Origin: Chrysomallon squamiferum
Taxonomy: Eukaryota; Animalia; Mollusca
Direction of reading: 5' to 3'
Assembly: GCA_012295275.1 (NCBI GenBank)
Contig: CM022670.1
Span: 37,448,001-37,512,000, forward strand
DNA: 64,000 nt
Below the pieces are notes generated by a model, which was given only the letters and a program-made list of their open reading frames with translations, was not told the origin of the DNA and made no database searches. The position numbers were made by a program, and so were the translations under genes. Positions 1-15,289 of this stretch are shown here, piece after piece. Positions within the stretch are counted from its first letter, which is position 1. The number at the start of each line of letters is the position of its first letter.

Positions 1-76
1 CAATATTTTTGGATTCACTTTACAATTTATTTGCTATGTATATGATACCGTAATGCAAACATATTAATAAAAAAGA

Positions 77-116
<40 letters not shown>

Positions 117-331
117 TTATTTTGGGGGAGTGGAAAGGGGTGCGAGGGGTTGGCAGATACGGATTTTTGCTTAGTGATATTAAACTAATCTGGGGCGTGA
201 AAAACAGTAGAATCAATCTCGTCAGCCTTCCCTTGGGACTTTCCCGATCCAGTTTATACTATAGACCAGTTTTTCAAAGGTTTAGGCATTGGTTTTCTGT
301 CCTATAGTTATGTATATACATACATACACAG

Positions 332-368
<37 letters not shown>

Positions 369-514
369 ACGCCATAAAATCGTAAAATAAAAGTGTCGAA
401 TACATGATCAAATAAAACAAATTCTTCCTTTCTTTCTTGCAAATTTTGGGTTAACGATTTTATACCAACAACAGTTTGTTACGTCATGCTTTTCGTTTTT
501 TGTTTAATACGTTA

Positions 515-572
<58 letters not shown>
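77..572. repeat. Microsatellite cluster (AAT)n, (AC)n, (AAT)n
   Basis: (AAT)n about 77-112, (AC)n about 333-366, (AAT)n about 517-572. Confidence 0.95.
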
Positions 573-574
<2 letters not shown>

Positions 575-2027
575 ATGTAGTTAAAAAGCAAAACAAAACA
601 CAACTACATCAACAGCAATAAGATGCAAATTAATACTAAATACTGTATTGCTTGTAAAAATTAATAATCTCACATCAATTATTTACTAGAGAAAATGGCA
701 GGGCTCTGCAATAATCAATTAGACTATAAGCCTGCAGTGTAGCAGTCTTTAACAGTTGCGATTATATAATATCGTACGTATGTAAGTAGGCTATATTCTT
801 GTTTGCAGCGGCAACATCTTGATTATACCGACAACAAAGCAGCGTGAAGCATGACCCATAAAAGTATGCCAGCTTCAGCAAGAAGTATGCAAGCAGAACC
901 ACAAAAGTACAACTTCAGGTGTAAACATTAATGCATTTCTTGAGGCCATAACTAGAGGACACTGACCCAGAATGCAAATAAGTTTAACTTATTATTAGTT
1001 TGTACATGTAAGGGACTTCATTTCAAATGATTCATTTTGATTACCAATTGGCTGCGATGACGTGATGCATCTATATTAATTAAAAGTTAAATAAAGTTGT
1101 TATAAAGATAAATTTTCTTTTGTAAGTGCTTTGTGTTAAAGAATAAATAAATATATAATTATGTTCTGACATCTGACGATAAAGAAGTACGAAAAGGGCA
1201 CTACACCGACATTATAGTTACTAAGTTACTGGGTCAAAAGCTTATATAAATTTCAAATATTTAGATAGCATTGTTAGGGGTCATCCGTGATTTTTAACGT
1301 AAATGTTTAGTGGGAAGAGAAAACTCGGGCATTGCGAATTGACAGCAAGAACAGAAGAAAGGGGGTGGTGTCGATTCCCTGTTATTTGCTGAAAGCTTCA
1401 GTGTTGTTGCCGTAAATGTACCTAATTGTGTCAGATTCACTTTTCAGCGTGAAAAATCGTATGCGTCGGTAAATATATTAATGCGGTTAAATGTCTGAAA
1501 GTTAGAAGGGAGGTCACACGCATAAACCCATTTATTCCTGGATCAGTTAATGAATGTTTCTCAGCGACAAGATATCCTTAGGTTATCGTTACACAGCATA
1601 TCAATTTAATGATTGTTGTTCAACCAACATTTCAATGAGCCATTTAAAATGCGTTTTCATATACTCTAAACGTTTTCGTATAATCCTCAATATAAATTCC
1701 CAAACTAAACAGTGCCTACAAATGATTATTAGTGTGTATTATTTGTGACGTTACCTCTTTTGAGTGCGTACTATTAGAAGATTAACTGTAAAAACGAAGA
1801 AGAAAAGTTAAGTGTTTGGACCGAAGGCTAGATTAAAAATATTTCATGGCTGTAGTTAATTACACTTTTATTAAAGGGTCATTTAAACAATTAAAAGCAT
1901 TATTAATTGGACAATAAATTATTAATTTAATCACTTTATATCCACAATGTAGTTTTAAACATGGCGGTTATCTGTGAAGGCGTGCTAAAAATAGGTTATT
2001 CTTATCATCTTATTTTTAAAATTTATT

Positions 2028-2029
<2 letters not shown>

Positions 2030-2096
<67 letters not shown>

Positions 2097-2120
2097 TTTT
2101 TTTTTTTTTTTTTTTTTTTT
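2030..2120. repeat. (ATT)n microsatellite plus poly-T
   Basis: Directly visible. Confidence 0.95.
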
Positions 2121-2564
2121 GAAACATAATTTTTAACTGGAAGATGACCAAGAAATAAAACAATCGATAAATTTTATTTATTTCATCCTGACGTGATCTT
2201 TTCGTGTTCCGTTTCAGTTTATCAACTTAAAAAAGCAACAACGAGTAACCATATTCAACTTCGATATTGGAGGGAGCGTTTTTGGGGTGTTTTTTTTTTT
2301 TTTTTTGACTCATTAAAGGACACGTAATTGTAACTTTTTAATAACTGTACACTTATAACGCAAGGATTCCTGAACATACTAACATTAAATAATGCAACCC
2401 AGATTATGATTATAGGAGTTAATTATAGCTCATACGAGTAACTAAACATGATACTGCCGAAGATATTGTTAGTAATGGTTTGATAAATAAATGTTTAATT
2501 ATACCTGACTTAGTATCAAAATCAACGATTTTTCATGTTAATTGTACGTTTTGTATAGTGTGAA

Positions 2565-2617
2565 AAGAAACAAAAGAAAAACAACAAAATTATTATAAAT
2601 TTCAGAATTAGTTTATT
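2565..2617 (-). terminator. Candidate distal polyadenylation signal of ABCD3
   Basis: Minus-strand AATAAA at 2617-2612, followed about 22 nt later by a GU/U-rich tract (TTTTGTTGTTTTTCTTTTGTTTC). It coincides with the apparent switch from CpG-poor to CpG-richer DNA and implies a 3' UTR of about 1.9 kb. Other AATAAA hexamers lie closer to the stop. Confidence 0.4.
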
Positions 2618-3475
2618 GCATAGATAAAAACCAGCAGTTAATTTACTTAAGCCCTTAAAATAATTTTTAATTAAAATAAAAAAGTATTATAACCAATAAT
2701 ATTATGCTATCAAAAATTTGTCTTTAATAAATAACAAATAGTGGGAGAAAACAAAAAAAAATAATAAAAAGGATCTTTCATAGATGCAGTAATTTGTATA
2801 ATTTATTATAAATATATATATTATTATATTTAATATTTCTTGTAATTTCTTTACATCTTTAATAAGTAATTAATGGCTTACACTAAAATCACATTGCTCT
2901 TTATTTAAAATAAAACTAAAGAAATGGATTCAGATTGCTGATAGGTGCAAAAAATTACCAATAAACCAGTAAAATGCTAACATGTAAGAAAAATAGGTGC
3001 AGCTTTTTTTAAAAAAAAATAATAATAATAATAATAATAAAAAATAATAATAATAATGATAATAATAATAAAAAACCTATATATATATGTGTCTATAAGC
3101 AAATCTTCAAAATGTATTATTTCTCTTTTACCAATTAATGAAACAATAAGTAATACAAAAAATCGGCTTTAACATGCAGAAATGTAAAGTAATTCAAATA
3201 ACAGCAATAAAAAAGAAAACAATAAAATATAATCCATTAAGATTCCTGATTGCATTTTAAATAAAAATTGATTTAAGAAAATTATTTATTACAAGGTTAT
3301 TTAAATAAAACATTTATGTATAAATTTAGAAAATAGTGATTTGCAAATTTAACCACATTAAATTTTACACATTTTTGTAATTAACAAAATAGTTTAAAAA
3401 AAAATCCCCCCTAAATTAAACAACATCAACCAAAAAAAAATGCCCTTACAACTGACCCTTCAAAAAAAGAGAAAA

Positions 3476-3507
<32 letters not shown>

Positions 3508-4538
3508 CAACCAACAAAGATATTAGGAAATATTTTTAAGTACATGCTTCTCATTTATAATTAAGTTGAAGCTGGAACAAAAGAAATAGATATACCTCAG
3601 TGCTCTACTTAACTGGTTTCAGATTTTTTTTTTTTCCTAGTTCCAGTCAAGGCCCCATGAGTACAATAAGAACATCTGTAAAGTTAATTTGTATGATAAC
3701 AGAGAGGTCTGTTTTTTTACTGTGTGAAACTGTAGGTTTTGTTCATATCAACATTATGCCGATATTTTATTTATCTTTTTATTTCCCTTCAATACAATGA
3801 ACTGGGGATAAAACTCCCAGTATTTCATATTTCATTTTTTTTTTTTGTATGAGAGAACTTGCAAATTTTACTTAAACATTTTCTTTATGAAACATTATCT
3901 GACTTTTTTTTTTTTTTAAATAGTTAGGTTCTGACATGTTCTTTTTTGTGATAAAAAAAAACTTTTTTGATAAATCTGCCTCAAAATATTTTATGAAGTT
4001 TTTCTGATGTAGATTTATCCAACCCAAAATTAATGAATGTTTTGTTTTTGCAGTACAGTTCTCTTGCAGAGAAAATATTTTTCCAAAATGTTAAATTAAA
4101 ATATAAATAACACATTAAAAGAAAAATAAGTTGCCCCAAAATATGTTTTTGTGACAAGTAAATAACGAATAAATCCATGGATATTTCCAAAATGTAAAAA
4201 CTGTCCATAGAAAATAATCTAATTAACATCATTAAATAATAACAATCAGCTTTTTAATTGTGTATAATTGTATAAAAAAAAAAATTACTCTTATTTGTTC
4301 TGGTTCCTTCAAAATACTCAATTTCACATTTTTGTAAAATGTCACGGATTTATAACATCCCATGAGAACCACATCATACATCATCACAGTCTTAAAATTA
4401 TCACACATCATCAATTTCACCCAGTTCTTCAGTATTTCTGTCTTCATATAAATATACATATACAGCTAAATAATAAAAAAAAAAATATGATTTTAAAAGT
4501 AGCTTTTGAGGAAGAAAGAAACTACACATTCTGTGCCA

Positions 4539-7500
4539 TCAAGATCCAAATTCCATTGTTTCTGGGGTGATAGCTTTGAAGTCAAACGAACCTCTTCCAT
4601 CCATTTTCAAATAGTACTGAAATTAGAAAAAAAAAAACAAAAATGTTAGGAATAATAAAATATATTAATAAGCATATGTATATATATATTTTTTTGATAA
4701 TTTATTTATTTGCTATTTTGTGTATGTATATATAAAGAGAAACACAAAATATTTTGCTCTGGGTGTATTATTTTTTTTTTTTTCAAGAGCTACTATATTA
4801 AATACATTTTAAATATTTTCAATTTCATCAAACATCTGTCTTCCAACAGAAATGCTTAAGGAAAAATATTATTATACTGTTAAATACAAGTAAGAAGATA
4901 TTAACCAACATAACATTAAATACCTCATGATGTTTCCATAATGATTTCCTGTGGGAAACGGTGAAAAGGGTAATTCCAACCTGAAAAGAAGAAAAAAAAT
5001 ATTATATTATGTTTTTGTGAGTAGAAAATATTACAAGAAAACTGAAACCTGTGATGTAATGTATGACATCATTTAATGATTAATTTCAGTTTATTTATTT
5101 TTGACTGAATTATTTTATTTTATATTTTTTTTTATTTCAGATTTATACATCTGTTTTGATTCCAGCGTGTATGTATCTGTATAAAAATATTTTCAATAAA
5201 ATAATTTCATTTTGATAGGTAGTGGGTGTGATGCAATTGACTTACCTCCCTTGAATGTTGGTACATGTAACCTTCAACATCAACACTGACTGCACTTGTA
5301 CATTCATCCAGAATGGCAAATTGCGGCTTATGGTAAAACAACCTAGCCATCTGCAAAGTAAATAAGAAATAAAATGTCTGTTATATAAAGAAGCAATATT
5401 TAAGTTTTATTGATAAAATAAAGTGTCTAAATAATATTACTGTAAGTAGTTTTATTTAAAAAAACAAACCAAAAAACAACAACCAACCCAGCCATTTTTT
5501 TCCCTCCCACAAATCAGTAGGTTATAGACGGAAATAAACAAAAAAACTGACTGAAATACACTTACTGCTATTCTTTGTTTTTCTCCTCCACTCAAAACAT
5601 CCATCCAATCCTGCAAAATATCCAACACAATTTCAAAAGATATCTGGTATTTTTAAAAGACTGAAGTGACAAAGTATATTCTAATTAATATAATTATTAA
5701 AATTCTGAATATATAATTCTAAATAAATTTTAGTAACATTATCTTACTACTAAATAAAATATTTTACCTGTACTGACACCCAACCTCCTTCTCTATCCAG
5801 AATGTATCCAAGTTGAACCTGTTTGAAATAAATACACATGCAATTTAATCCACTGATTTTCACCATGCTAATTATGCTTTGTTTATCATAATCTGTCTAC
5901 TAAAGATAAAATATTTAAATCTATATTCCTACAATGAGGTCCAAGACAAAACAAATATTGCCTATGAATATTTTATTTAATTCATAAACATGGCAAACAG
6001 AGGAATTTGACAGGCAGAAACATTTTTGTTCGTGTTAAAAAAAAAAGATGCTTAATTCTTAAACATAACCTTAATGTGTGTTTAAAACAATACCTTATTT
6101 AAAATGTCCTCCAGATCAGCATCAGTGATTCCTCTCTTGAGCTGCTCCTCGTGTGTATGTGGGTAGATGACCTGGTCCCTTAGAGTGCCTATTGTCATGT
6201 ATGGTCTCTTAAATATTCAAAAAAAAAAAAAAAAAAAAAGCCCCACAGAAATGAATATCAGATTCTATATAATAACGTTCTATTACATCATACAATGAAC
6301 AATTCTTAAAAGTTATATGTCACTTAATAAATTAAAGAAAAAAAAACAACCCATATGGCTTTGATGTTCTACATGATAAAATCAAATGAATATTGTTGTA
6401 GTTAATTTAACAGGTAATATAAAATTTTATATGACATTTTTGTAAAAGTGGGATAATATTTTTACACTGAAACAGCATCTTTTAACTTGATAAAAACCCA
6501 CATACAAAGACAAACAAATAGCACCCCCAACATACTCTTTGTATAAAGAAACAAATATTAAAACATTAGTTATTTTATTTTCAACTCTTTTAGAAGTAAA
6601 TATCTGCAATAGGTCACCTGTGGGATATAGAAAAGATTTCCTTTGGCAGGTTTAGTCAAAGTTCCACCAAACAGAGGCCATAGCTGAAAAAAAAACAATA
6701 ATTTTAACAGTTGATAAAAACAGGAATAAATATGCCTAAAAATATAACAGGCGTCAAGTTCAGAAGAAAACTATTTTGAATAATACTATTTTGTTTAAAT
6801 TAATTAAACTTGGTAATAGTCATATTAAAGGTATTAATGTAATTGTAAACTGGAGTATACAGAACAATTAAATCAACTACAGGGTAGTTAATCCAAACTC
6901 ACCTCTCCCAGAATTCTGAAAAGAGAACTTTTCCCACAACCATTAGGTCCACAAACCAGAACATTCATTCCAGATCTAACCTGAAATAATGGTAAATATA
7001 AAAAAATAATAATAAACAATAATAAATATACATATACATATAATATATATATAATACATGCATTTAAAATAAAAATACAATTAGTACAGTTAAGGAAAAA
7101 TTTTACCCCCTTAGATATATTAACCAAAATAGCATACAAATTAACAGATAAAGGATCTTTATAATTTCACTTACTTCAAAATTGAGTTCCTCCACCAAAA
7201 CATCTCCATTTGGTGTCACAAGAGGGACCTTCTCAAACCTGTCACAGAACATTTAAAGTTTTACATTTCTGCTTCCAAAGTTGAAAAATATGCATGAAAA
7301 CATCTTTTAAACATTATTATCACAGCGGAATAAAATTAAATTAAGTATCTGCTAAACAAGTAAAACATAAAACATTTTTGTTAACAAAACTGATGTAAAG
7401 TTTTAAAACATACAAAATGTATATTGACCTATTTATTTTTGCCATCAAATGTACATTTTCAGTTCAGATTAAAAATAAGTGAAGAAAATAGAGAAAATTG

Positions 7501-9395
7501 TATAAAATGAAAAAAAAAAAAAAATTTAAAATTAAAATTTAAAAAAAAAAAAAAAAGTAAAATAATATTCTTACTTGATTATGTGATCTTGAATTACAAT
7601 TGTCCCACTTCCAGGTCTGAGCAATGGTCTCTTTTCTTGTGACGAAGCTGAAAGTTTCATTTATTTATTATATTTTTCATATGCAAGAGAAAACCTTAGA
7701 TTAGAAAAACGTAATAAATAACATGTTATTTTCATTTTTAAAATAATTTAAAAGAACATTAATTTACCCTAAGTTATCAGTGTCACATGCTTTCGATACT
7801 GATTTTATGTTTTTGTTTGATATTACCAAATTCATGAATTGTAAAGATCTAATCATAAAAATTTAACCAAAAATGGAGTCATCAGGGGCTCCACTTTCCA
7901 ATTTTGTTTAAATTTTCAATTTAGTATCATTTTAACTTGTTAAATAAACCAGAAAACTTACATTTCGAATGGCCATTGGTGACCATTGTTCTTTCATATC
8001 GTCCACTGTTGATATCATTCAGTACTTTGATCAGCTCTGTGACACGAGCAGTGAACCTAATTTGAAAAGATTTTTTTGTTAAATACAGTACTGGCAAAAA
8101 TAAAAACCTATTTATTAAAAAAAAAAAAAAAAAAAAGGATAAAAAGTACACACATTGAGTAAATATGCCAATTAAATAATGAAATAATAAATGATTTATT
8201 TATATATTAATTATAAATAAAATTAATAATAACAGTGCTTTGTGGTAGGTTTATTTTCTGTCTTATCTTCCATAGCTAATAACTGTTTATTCAATATATA
8301 TTCAAAAGGTGTTAAACAAAAAAATGGATAAATTCAGATTTATCATTCATTCCTGCATTGGATGAACTAAAAGAATAATTGTAACAGTACAGAATTAAAA
8401 ATGGCACGACATTATTCTTTTTAAAAATCTTTATAATTAAACACAACAAACAGTTCAGACATGGAATAGAGATTTTTAGTAACACACCCTGCAAGCCTGG
8501 TCATCTCTCTGCCTGCTAACACTATCCGCCCTATGGCTTCTGCCATCTTCACCAACATTCGGCCACTCTTGTAATAGTCCTGATGTTAATGGGAAATGTA
8601 TTCATTACATGTAAATATGTTCATTATGGAATATTCACACACTTTCTGGATTAGCTACAATTTTCCTTCAGATTTTTCGAAAAGATAAAAATTTACAGCT
8701 ATTTTTAAGTATGCTTTTTAAACAATTAACAGCTAAAATTTTCCTATTGATAGTTTTATTATTTTAATTATAATTAATATTTGAATTCTTTTTTATTTTC
8801 TTCAAAGAATTATACTGACAGGTAAAAATTTTGAATGTATCTCATAAAAAATTTAAATGAAACTGACTTCCAGTAGTTCACTGTGTGAGCTGTGTAAGTG
8901 TCTTGGGTGAGCATGGTTCAGAAATGGCCGACTGACAACCAAATATCCCACAACAGTAGCAAGATCTGGAAAAACAGTATGCTGATACATCAGTAAATAC
9001 AATAATCAGCATGCTGCAATCATAGATTAATTAAATCTTCAATGAACTCCCCCCCCAAAATTACTTGAATAACTGATTTTTTTACAATTTCTAAAGAATT
9101 TTTTTTCTGCTGAAACAAAAATATCTAATATCATCATACTAGCTGTGACAAATTTTCATATCAGCTGTATATATTTGAATTTTGATGATTTTGAGAACTG
9201 TTGTTTTAATCTTCTCAGATGAAACACAGTAAACAGTAACACTTACATTTTGCCACAACATTATCAACAAATCCCATTTGTAGACGGAAGAAAATGAACT
9301 CTCTCAAATGATGGATCTGTAATGACAAAGTTCAAAGGAAAAAAAAAATATTCTGGCTTCTAATATATCAGCAAACATTCTGACAGTTAAGATTA

Positions 9396-9462
<67 letters not shown>

Positions 9463-12400
9463 TAAATTTTAAAAGAATCACAAAAATAAATTATTATTAA
9501 AGAACATATTCTTCAATGAAAGTCCTTACAATATTGATACTTTATAGCAATAAAATGTATTTAGTTTTAATATATAATGTCAAAATAAATTCATAAGTAA
9601 ATATATGAAAATAATACTAATTAAACAGAACCTAATTAAACATTTCTACATCTGATGAGTACTTACCAGTTTCTTAAATGTGGCAAGAATTGTGTACTGT
9701 TCCCTCTTGTTTCCTTGATAAAATGCAATTTCTTCACTGCAAAGTTAAAAATATCACATAAATGAACTGTACAGACACTGATGGATGTCAACCAATATTC
9801 AGTGACATGAAAACTTCAATTATATAATTTACTGACACAGAAATTTCACTTATATATATTACAAAGCACAAAATACTCAAATGTTGTCCTCTCTTCAATA
9901 GATGTGGGGAAAGTACTGATAATTTTACACCCCAAAATAATTAGAAAATATATTTAAATCTAACCTGTTTGTTATTAATCTGGAGTTGACAAATCTGTAT
10001 TCTCCTTCCAGTCTCTGCTCCTGAACAGTCATTCTACCTATTGGTCTTCGGATTCTGAAAGCAAAACCATTTATGTGAATTTCTGAAGACGTTCCAGATA
10101 TAATAGAAACAATGTAAATTATTATTAACAAACTTGGTACATAAAATCTTGTCTTTTGATAATTATAAATCATCTGTTTGTATCAAAGAATTCTTCTGAA
10201 CAGTGTGCTTATTTCACAGTCTGTTATTAACATGTCAGAAAGTGATGAAATTTTTTTTTTACTTTTTACAAAAATATCTCCGTGTTTTAGAAACTACCTT
10301 TTCTTGGACAGAATTATATAATCTTTGACAGTATAATCAAAAACTATAATAAAGATAAATTTATAATTATATCAACAATTTAAATTGGTAAAAAGAAGGA
10401 AATTCCCTACCGTGTGAGTATCAGACCAGAAACCACAAGATATCCCAACATATACACTGGACCCTGTGATAAAGAAAAGGAACATAATGTAGGCAGAAAT
10501 AATAAAAAAATCAATTCAGTCAAATATCTATTAAGTCTAACAAAACAAATTTTAATTCATTAGAGTTGGGTTACTTAGATGAACATTCTACCTAACTCAT
10601 TTGCTGCTGAGAGCAATAAGCTTCAATTCTTAGTAGTGAATCAGTTAATTATGCACTTTCTTCTTCATTCTCATTCTAGCTACTGATTTATTAAAGGATA
10701 TAGGATATACAATATATTTCCTGTCATGAAAAGGTTCATATAAAAGAATATGCTACAGATCAATAATAGCAGAGCATGGAGGGTCAGTAGTAGATTTAAT
10801 TAGAACGACTGACGTCTAGTAATCATTTTCAATAAGATACAGTTAAATGCTTTTAATATACATTCTTTATTTAAATAAATCTTTAGGAACAATTTTATGA
10901 TTAAAAAGAGAATCTAATGAAGAAAAAACAAACCTGAATCCCAATAGCACCGGTTAATTTGACTGTATACAACATCACATCAAGAAGAGGCTGAAAAAGA
11001 AAACAAAACAAATCAATATTTATTACTATTAAACAATACTTTACCATCCAGTATCATTAAAGATCAGACATAGAAAAAAAAAAATCTAAAGTCCCCTTCT
11101 CCAACAATATGGACAATTCCTGTCTTGCAAATCAGTTGATAGCATCCATATATTTTTAGAAAATATATATAAAAGAAAATCACCAAAACAAAAACGAACA
11201 AAACAAGACAAGATAACTAATTGTAATACTAACAACATGCAAACATTGTTAAAGATGACAGCCAGTCAATTCAGAAATATTTAAAAACTTGTATATTAAA
11301 ACTGAACATTAACTTGGTAAGGGATTAAAACGGCTAGTTCAGTTTATTCTTACTGATGTTTTAAAACAGAAAGTCTTATGATGTTAGTCTGTTTTTAGTC
11401 TCAGTGCATTGTATCCCCTTTTCCAATGAAGCTTTTAATAAAAACTTCATTATTCAAAGATGATGTTTCAGACAATTTTAATAAACTTAATGAAAAAAGA
11501 ACGTATCTGACATATCATAAGCATATTAAGTTAATAACTTAATTATACTTGAATATTTCTGGATTTTTTTAAAATTATTATTTTATGATTTACATATATG
11601 AACATATTTTTTTACCTTGCTGAGATTGGTGTAGAGTTCAGCTACTGAGTCACAAAACTTCTCCACATCCTGCGTGAGAAGCTGATCTGGATTAGATATC
11701 CTGTTGTCAAGGTTACTCATCTTGTAGAATGTGAATCCTCTGTAACAGAAGTCAACAATTATTTTTCCAAAGATAACATTTGTGACAGATATACGTGACA
11801 TAATAAAAACTAAATCAAAATTTAGAATTCATACAGTAGATTGTAATATTAAGGGGTTCATATGTGGTGAAAATAAGGGGACATCCTATGCAAAAAATTT
11901 GTATGTTAAATAACTGTGTCAACAGAGATAAAAAAAAAAAAAATGCAATTTTTATTTATTCAGGTTTCATTAGGTAATTACTAAAAATCAACGTTCTAAA
12001 GGTGAAACATCAATAAATACCCCCCATTCATTCATTCTCTCTCTCTTTCTTTTCACACACATACACACAGAAACATATTAGTTATATATCTTTATTTTTC
12101 AGCTACTCTTTATTACACAATCTGAGGTTGGAATAATATTATCAAGAGATCAAACTGTTTTGTTAAATAAAAACTTACTTCAAATATCTGTCATACAAAT
12201 AATATGACAATCGAGATCGAAACAGAACTTTCAGCTCATTCAAACCAAACTGAAAAATAAAATTCCATGAACAGAAAATAATCAAGATGAAATAAATATT
12301 AAATATTATCATCTGAAATATGCTAACTATTAATGGCTGTGAATAATATTAGAAAAGAAAATATACAACTATCTATAGACTATAATAAAGAACTTTTACA

Positions 12401-12759
12401 CAAATATAGTGATGTTAAAAAACAAAATAAAAAACTTGCAATTGGGCAGTAGTTGACATAGTAATGAACATAATAAAGGCTTTTTCTTCTACTGTGATTA
12501 TCTATTTTTAACTTATACTTTAATGGTTATATATCTGACATAATCAAAAACAAACATGCACTAACCTTCAAGGTGTTGTTGACAACTGAAATCTGTAAGG
12601 CAAATTATATTAAATCAATATACTGTATTTCTTAGAAGAAGCTTTACATAAAATAGCAAAGACAAATACGGGAATTCTGATTAATTTACAATAATTTGCA
12701 TTAACAGTTTCACTGCATACATATATGTACACATAAACACACGCACAGATGCACACACA

Positions 12760-12794
<35 letters not shown>

Positions 12795-12795
12795 T

Positions 12796-12833
<38 letters not shown>

Positions 12834-15231
12834 AATGTCTTATTGTTTTAAATATTAGTGAAACAAAGAGAGTTAATAAAACCAGAACAATTATAAATAA
12901 ACTGAAATTCTGGTCACTAACCGATTCAATATTCTGAGAGTTGTATAAAATTGCACATTATATCATAAGTTCACATAACTTAAACAATCAATAACAAAAA
13001 AATCACAAAGAAAATCAAATAATTTTCTGGATCTTAAAACAAAAAAACAACAACAAAAAAAATCAAAATGAAAAGGATACCAAAAAAAAAAAAAAAAAAA
13101 AAAAAATTATTATTAACAATCTCAAAACATCAAAAAATATTGTCATTTTTAAAAAATAAAATTTATTATTCTGTATTATAATCAGAGAAAATGTAAGCTT
13201 TATAACAAATGATTTAACAAAATGGAATTGCAATAAAATACATACAGCAGGCATTGCAAAAATGAACTGAAACAGATATTTCTTGAACAGGCTGACATCC
13301 CGGCCAATTATTGCACTAAATGAAAATAATAGATGAACACAAATTATTTTAAAATAATTCTTGATAAAAAGAAAATAAATTTTCCGTGAGTTTAATATTA
13401 ATCAAAGTAACTGTTTGGTACAAATAAAGCTTGATAAGTGTCACAGAACATGAGGACTCTATTTTGTTAAAATGTCAATACATTTAATTTCACTATGCAA
13501 TGCATATTAAATTAAATGTTTCACAGTAAAATGTTAATATGTATTCAAATGTATAAATACAGACAAAAAAAGAAAACAATGAAATTATTAATTAATTTAG
13601 TACCTTTCTATCAAAGTTCCATTCTGAATCATCCAGACATCAGCATAAGTTCTAGCCACAAGAGTGGCAGCAACAACAAAAAGGTACCAAGCCTTCAAAC
13701 AAACAAAAAAATTCTATATTGTAATACTGAAGATATAATGTCTTTGTTTCTTTATATGGCTGTAACAGTCAATTTTAGTTTTATAAATGTTATATCACTT
13801 ACTGTTAGAAAATAATGAATAAGCACTACATCCTGTAACATCATTGTAATAATTGTTTTGTGAAGTTTCCACTCTTGATACTATCCAATTATTTTGATTA
13901 TTACTTTTGTTATGATCTTTAAATTTAATTAAAATTATTATTCATAAAAATAAAAAAAATAAAAAATAAATAATAAAGAAAGAAAAAGAAGAGTAAGAAG
14001 AAGAAAAAAACATAAACCTACTTCTGGTGTAAACCATCCTGGAACAAGGATTTTCAGAATATTTATCAACCTCCTGTGATAATAAAAAGAGAAATTTACA
14101 AAGTCTGAAATTAAAAATGATTCAATAACATAAAATTAACAGTACCAATCAACAATCAAAGGCAACCATATAAAATGAACAATTACAGACAGAAAGATAG
14201 ATAGATCAATAGTGTCAATGTTACTGACAGAACAGTGTGCAGCCTTATTTTTCACTTTGAGTTAAAATATTTACTATTCAAATTTTAATTGTGGTGTAAC
14301 ATACATTAAGCAAATGTATTTAATTTGTTTTATTATTTCAGAACAAATTAAAATTAATAATAATAACCATCATTATTTTAAAATGTGCAAGACATTTTTT
14401 TATTCACCTGAAAAATACTCCATCCACTGCTGCTTTCTCTCTTTTCTGACCATGCTGTGAATATATTAAAAACAAATTTAAAATTAAAATTTAAAATAAA
14501 TTATATATTCAAAATACATTAGAATATTTAAATTAAAGTGAATAAATATTAAAATGTCATGAATTTTCACTTGTTTATTTTTTTTATTAGTGAAATTTTT
14601 GTAACTGACCAACTTTTACACTTCATTCTATATCATTTTAGATATATAATATAAATAGGTAAAAAAAAAATAAAAAATAATAATAATACTAATAACTTAA
14701 AATAAAAAATAAAAATAAATTTAGCTACAACAAAGTAACAATACTTGTTAACGGCCAAACTGTTCGCAGAATTCCTGATAAAGAGTTTACTAAGAGAGTT
14801 CAGAAGCAATCTAAACACCATAGTCACTATTAAAATATTAACACTGATCTGCTGACAGTCATGCCCAATAATATAATACCTTTATAAAACATTAAATGAT
14901 TATTACCTGTGATATAACAACTTTTATCTCTGGTTCTGCAGACCTGAAATTATAAATAAATAATCATTTCCAAAATATTCAAATTCTGTTACAGTTTAAA
15001 TACTTATTTAAATATCACATGAAAAGTTTTCAGGATGCAGTCAAAGTATAACAAAGCATTCAAAACTTTCAAAGCACACGACTGAAGGATGACATTAACA
15101 ATCATTGCATCAACTTAATTGAAACTTGATCTTAATTTTCATCCTGTGTATTAAATGTATTGAAAGATTTAATGTTCTTGAATTTACTCAATAATATTAA
15201 AAGTAGACCAATAAGTTGTGGTTGCAGGCCT

Positions 15232-15289
<58 letters not shown>

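Noticed and set aside
690-960. GC-richer stretch that looks like a coding exon
   Set aside because: The frames I translated on both strands are short or stop-interrupted, with no recognisable motif or consistent splice pair.
4440-4541. Stop-codon readthrough of ABCD3 to a peroxisomal targeting signal
   Set aside because: Context is TGA-TGG, not TGA-CTA, and the extension does not end in an SKL-like tripeptide.
3981-4570. Overlapping ORFs of 75-100 aa next to the ABCD3 stop
   Set aside because: AT-rich 3' UTR sequence with low-complexity I/F/K/L composition and no splice or motif support.
9006-9137. Possible intronic C/D snoRNA (ATGATGA...CTGA on the minus strand)
   Set aside because: No terminal stem and no recognisable rRNA-complementary guide; such boxes arise by chance in AT-rich DNA.
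12610-12937. ORFs with CVCV/HTHT repeats (also 15160, 38553, 38695, 49609, 55705, 62045, 62918-63214)
   Set aside because: Translations of (AC)n and (CT)n microsatellites.
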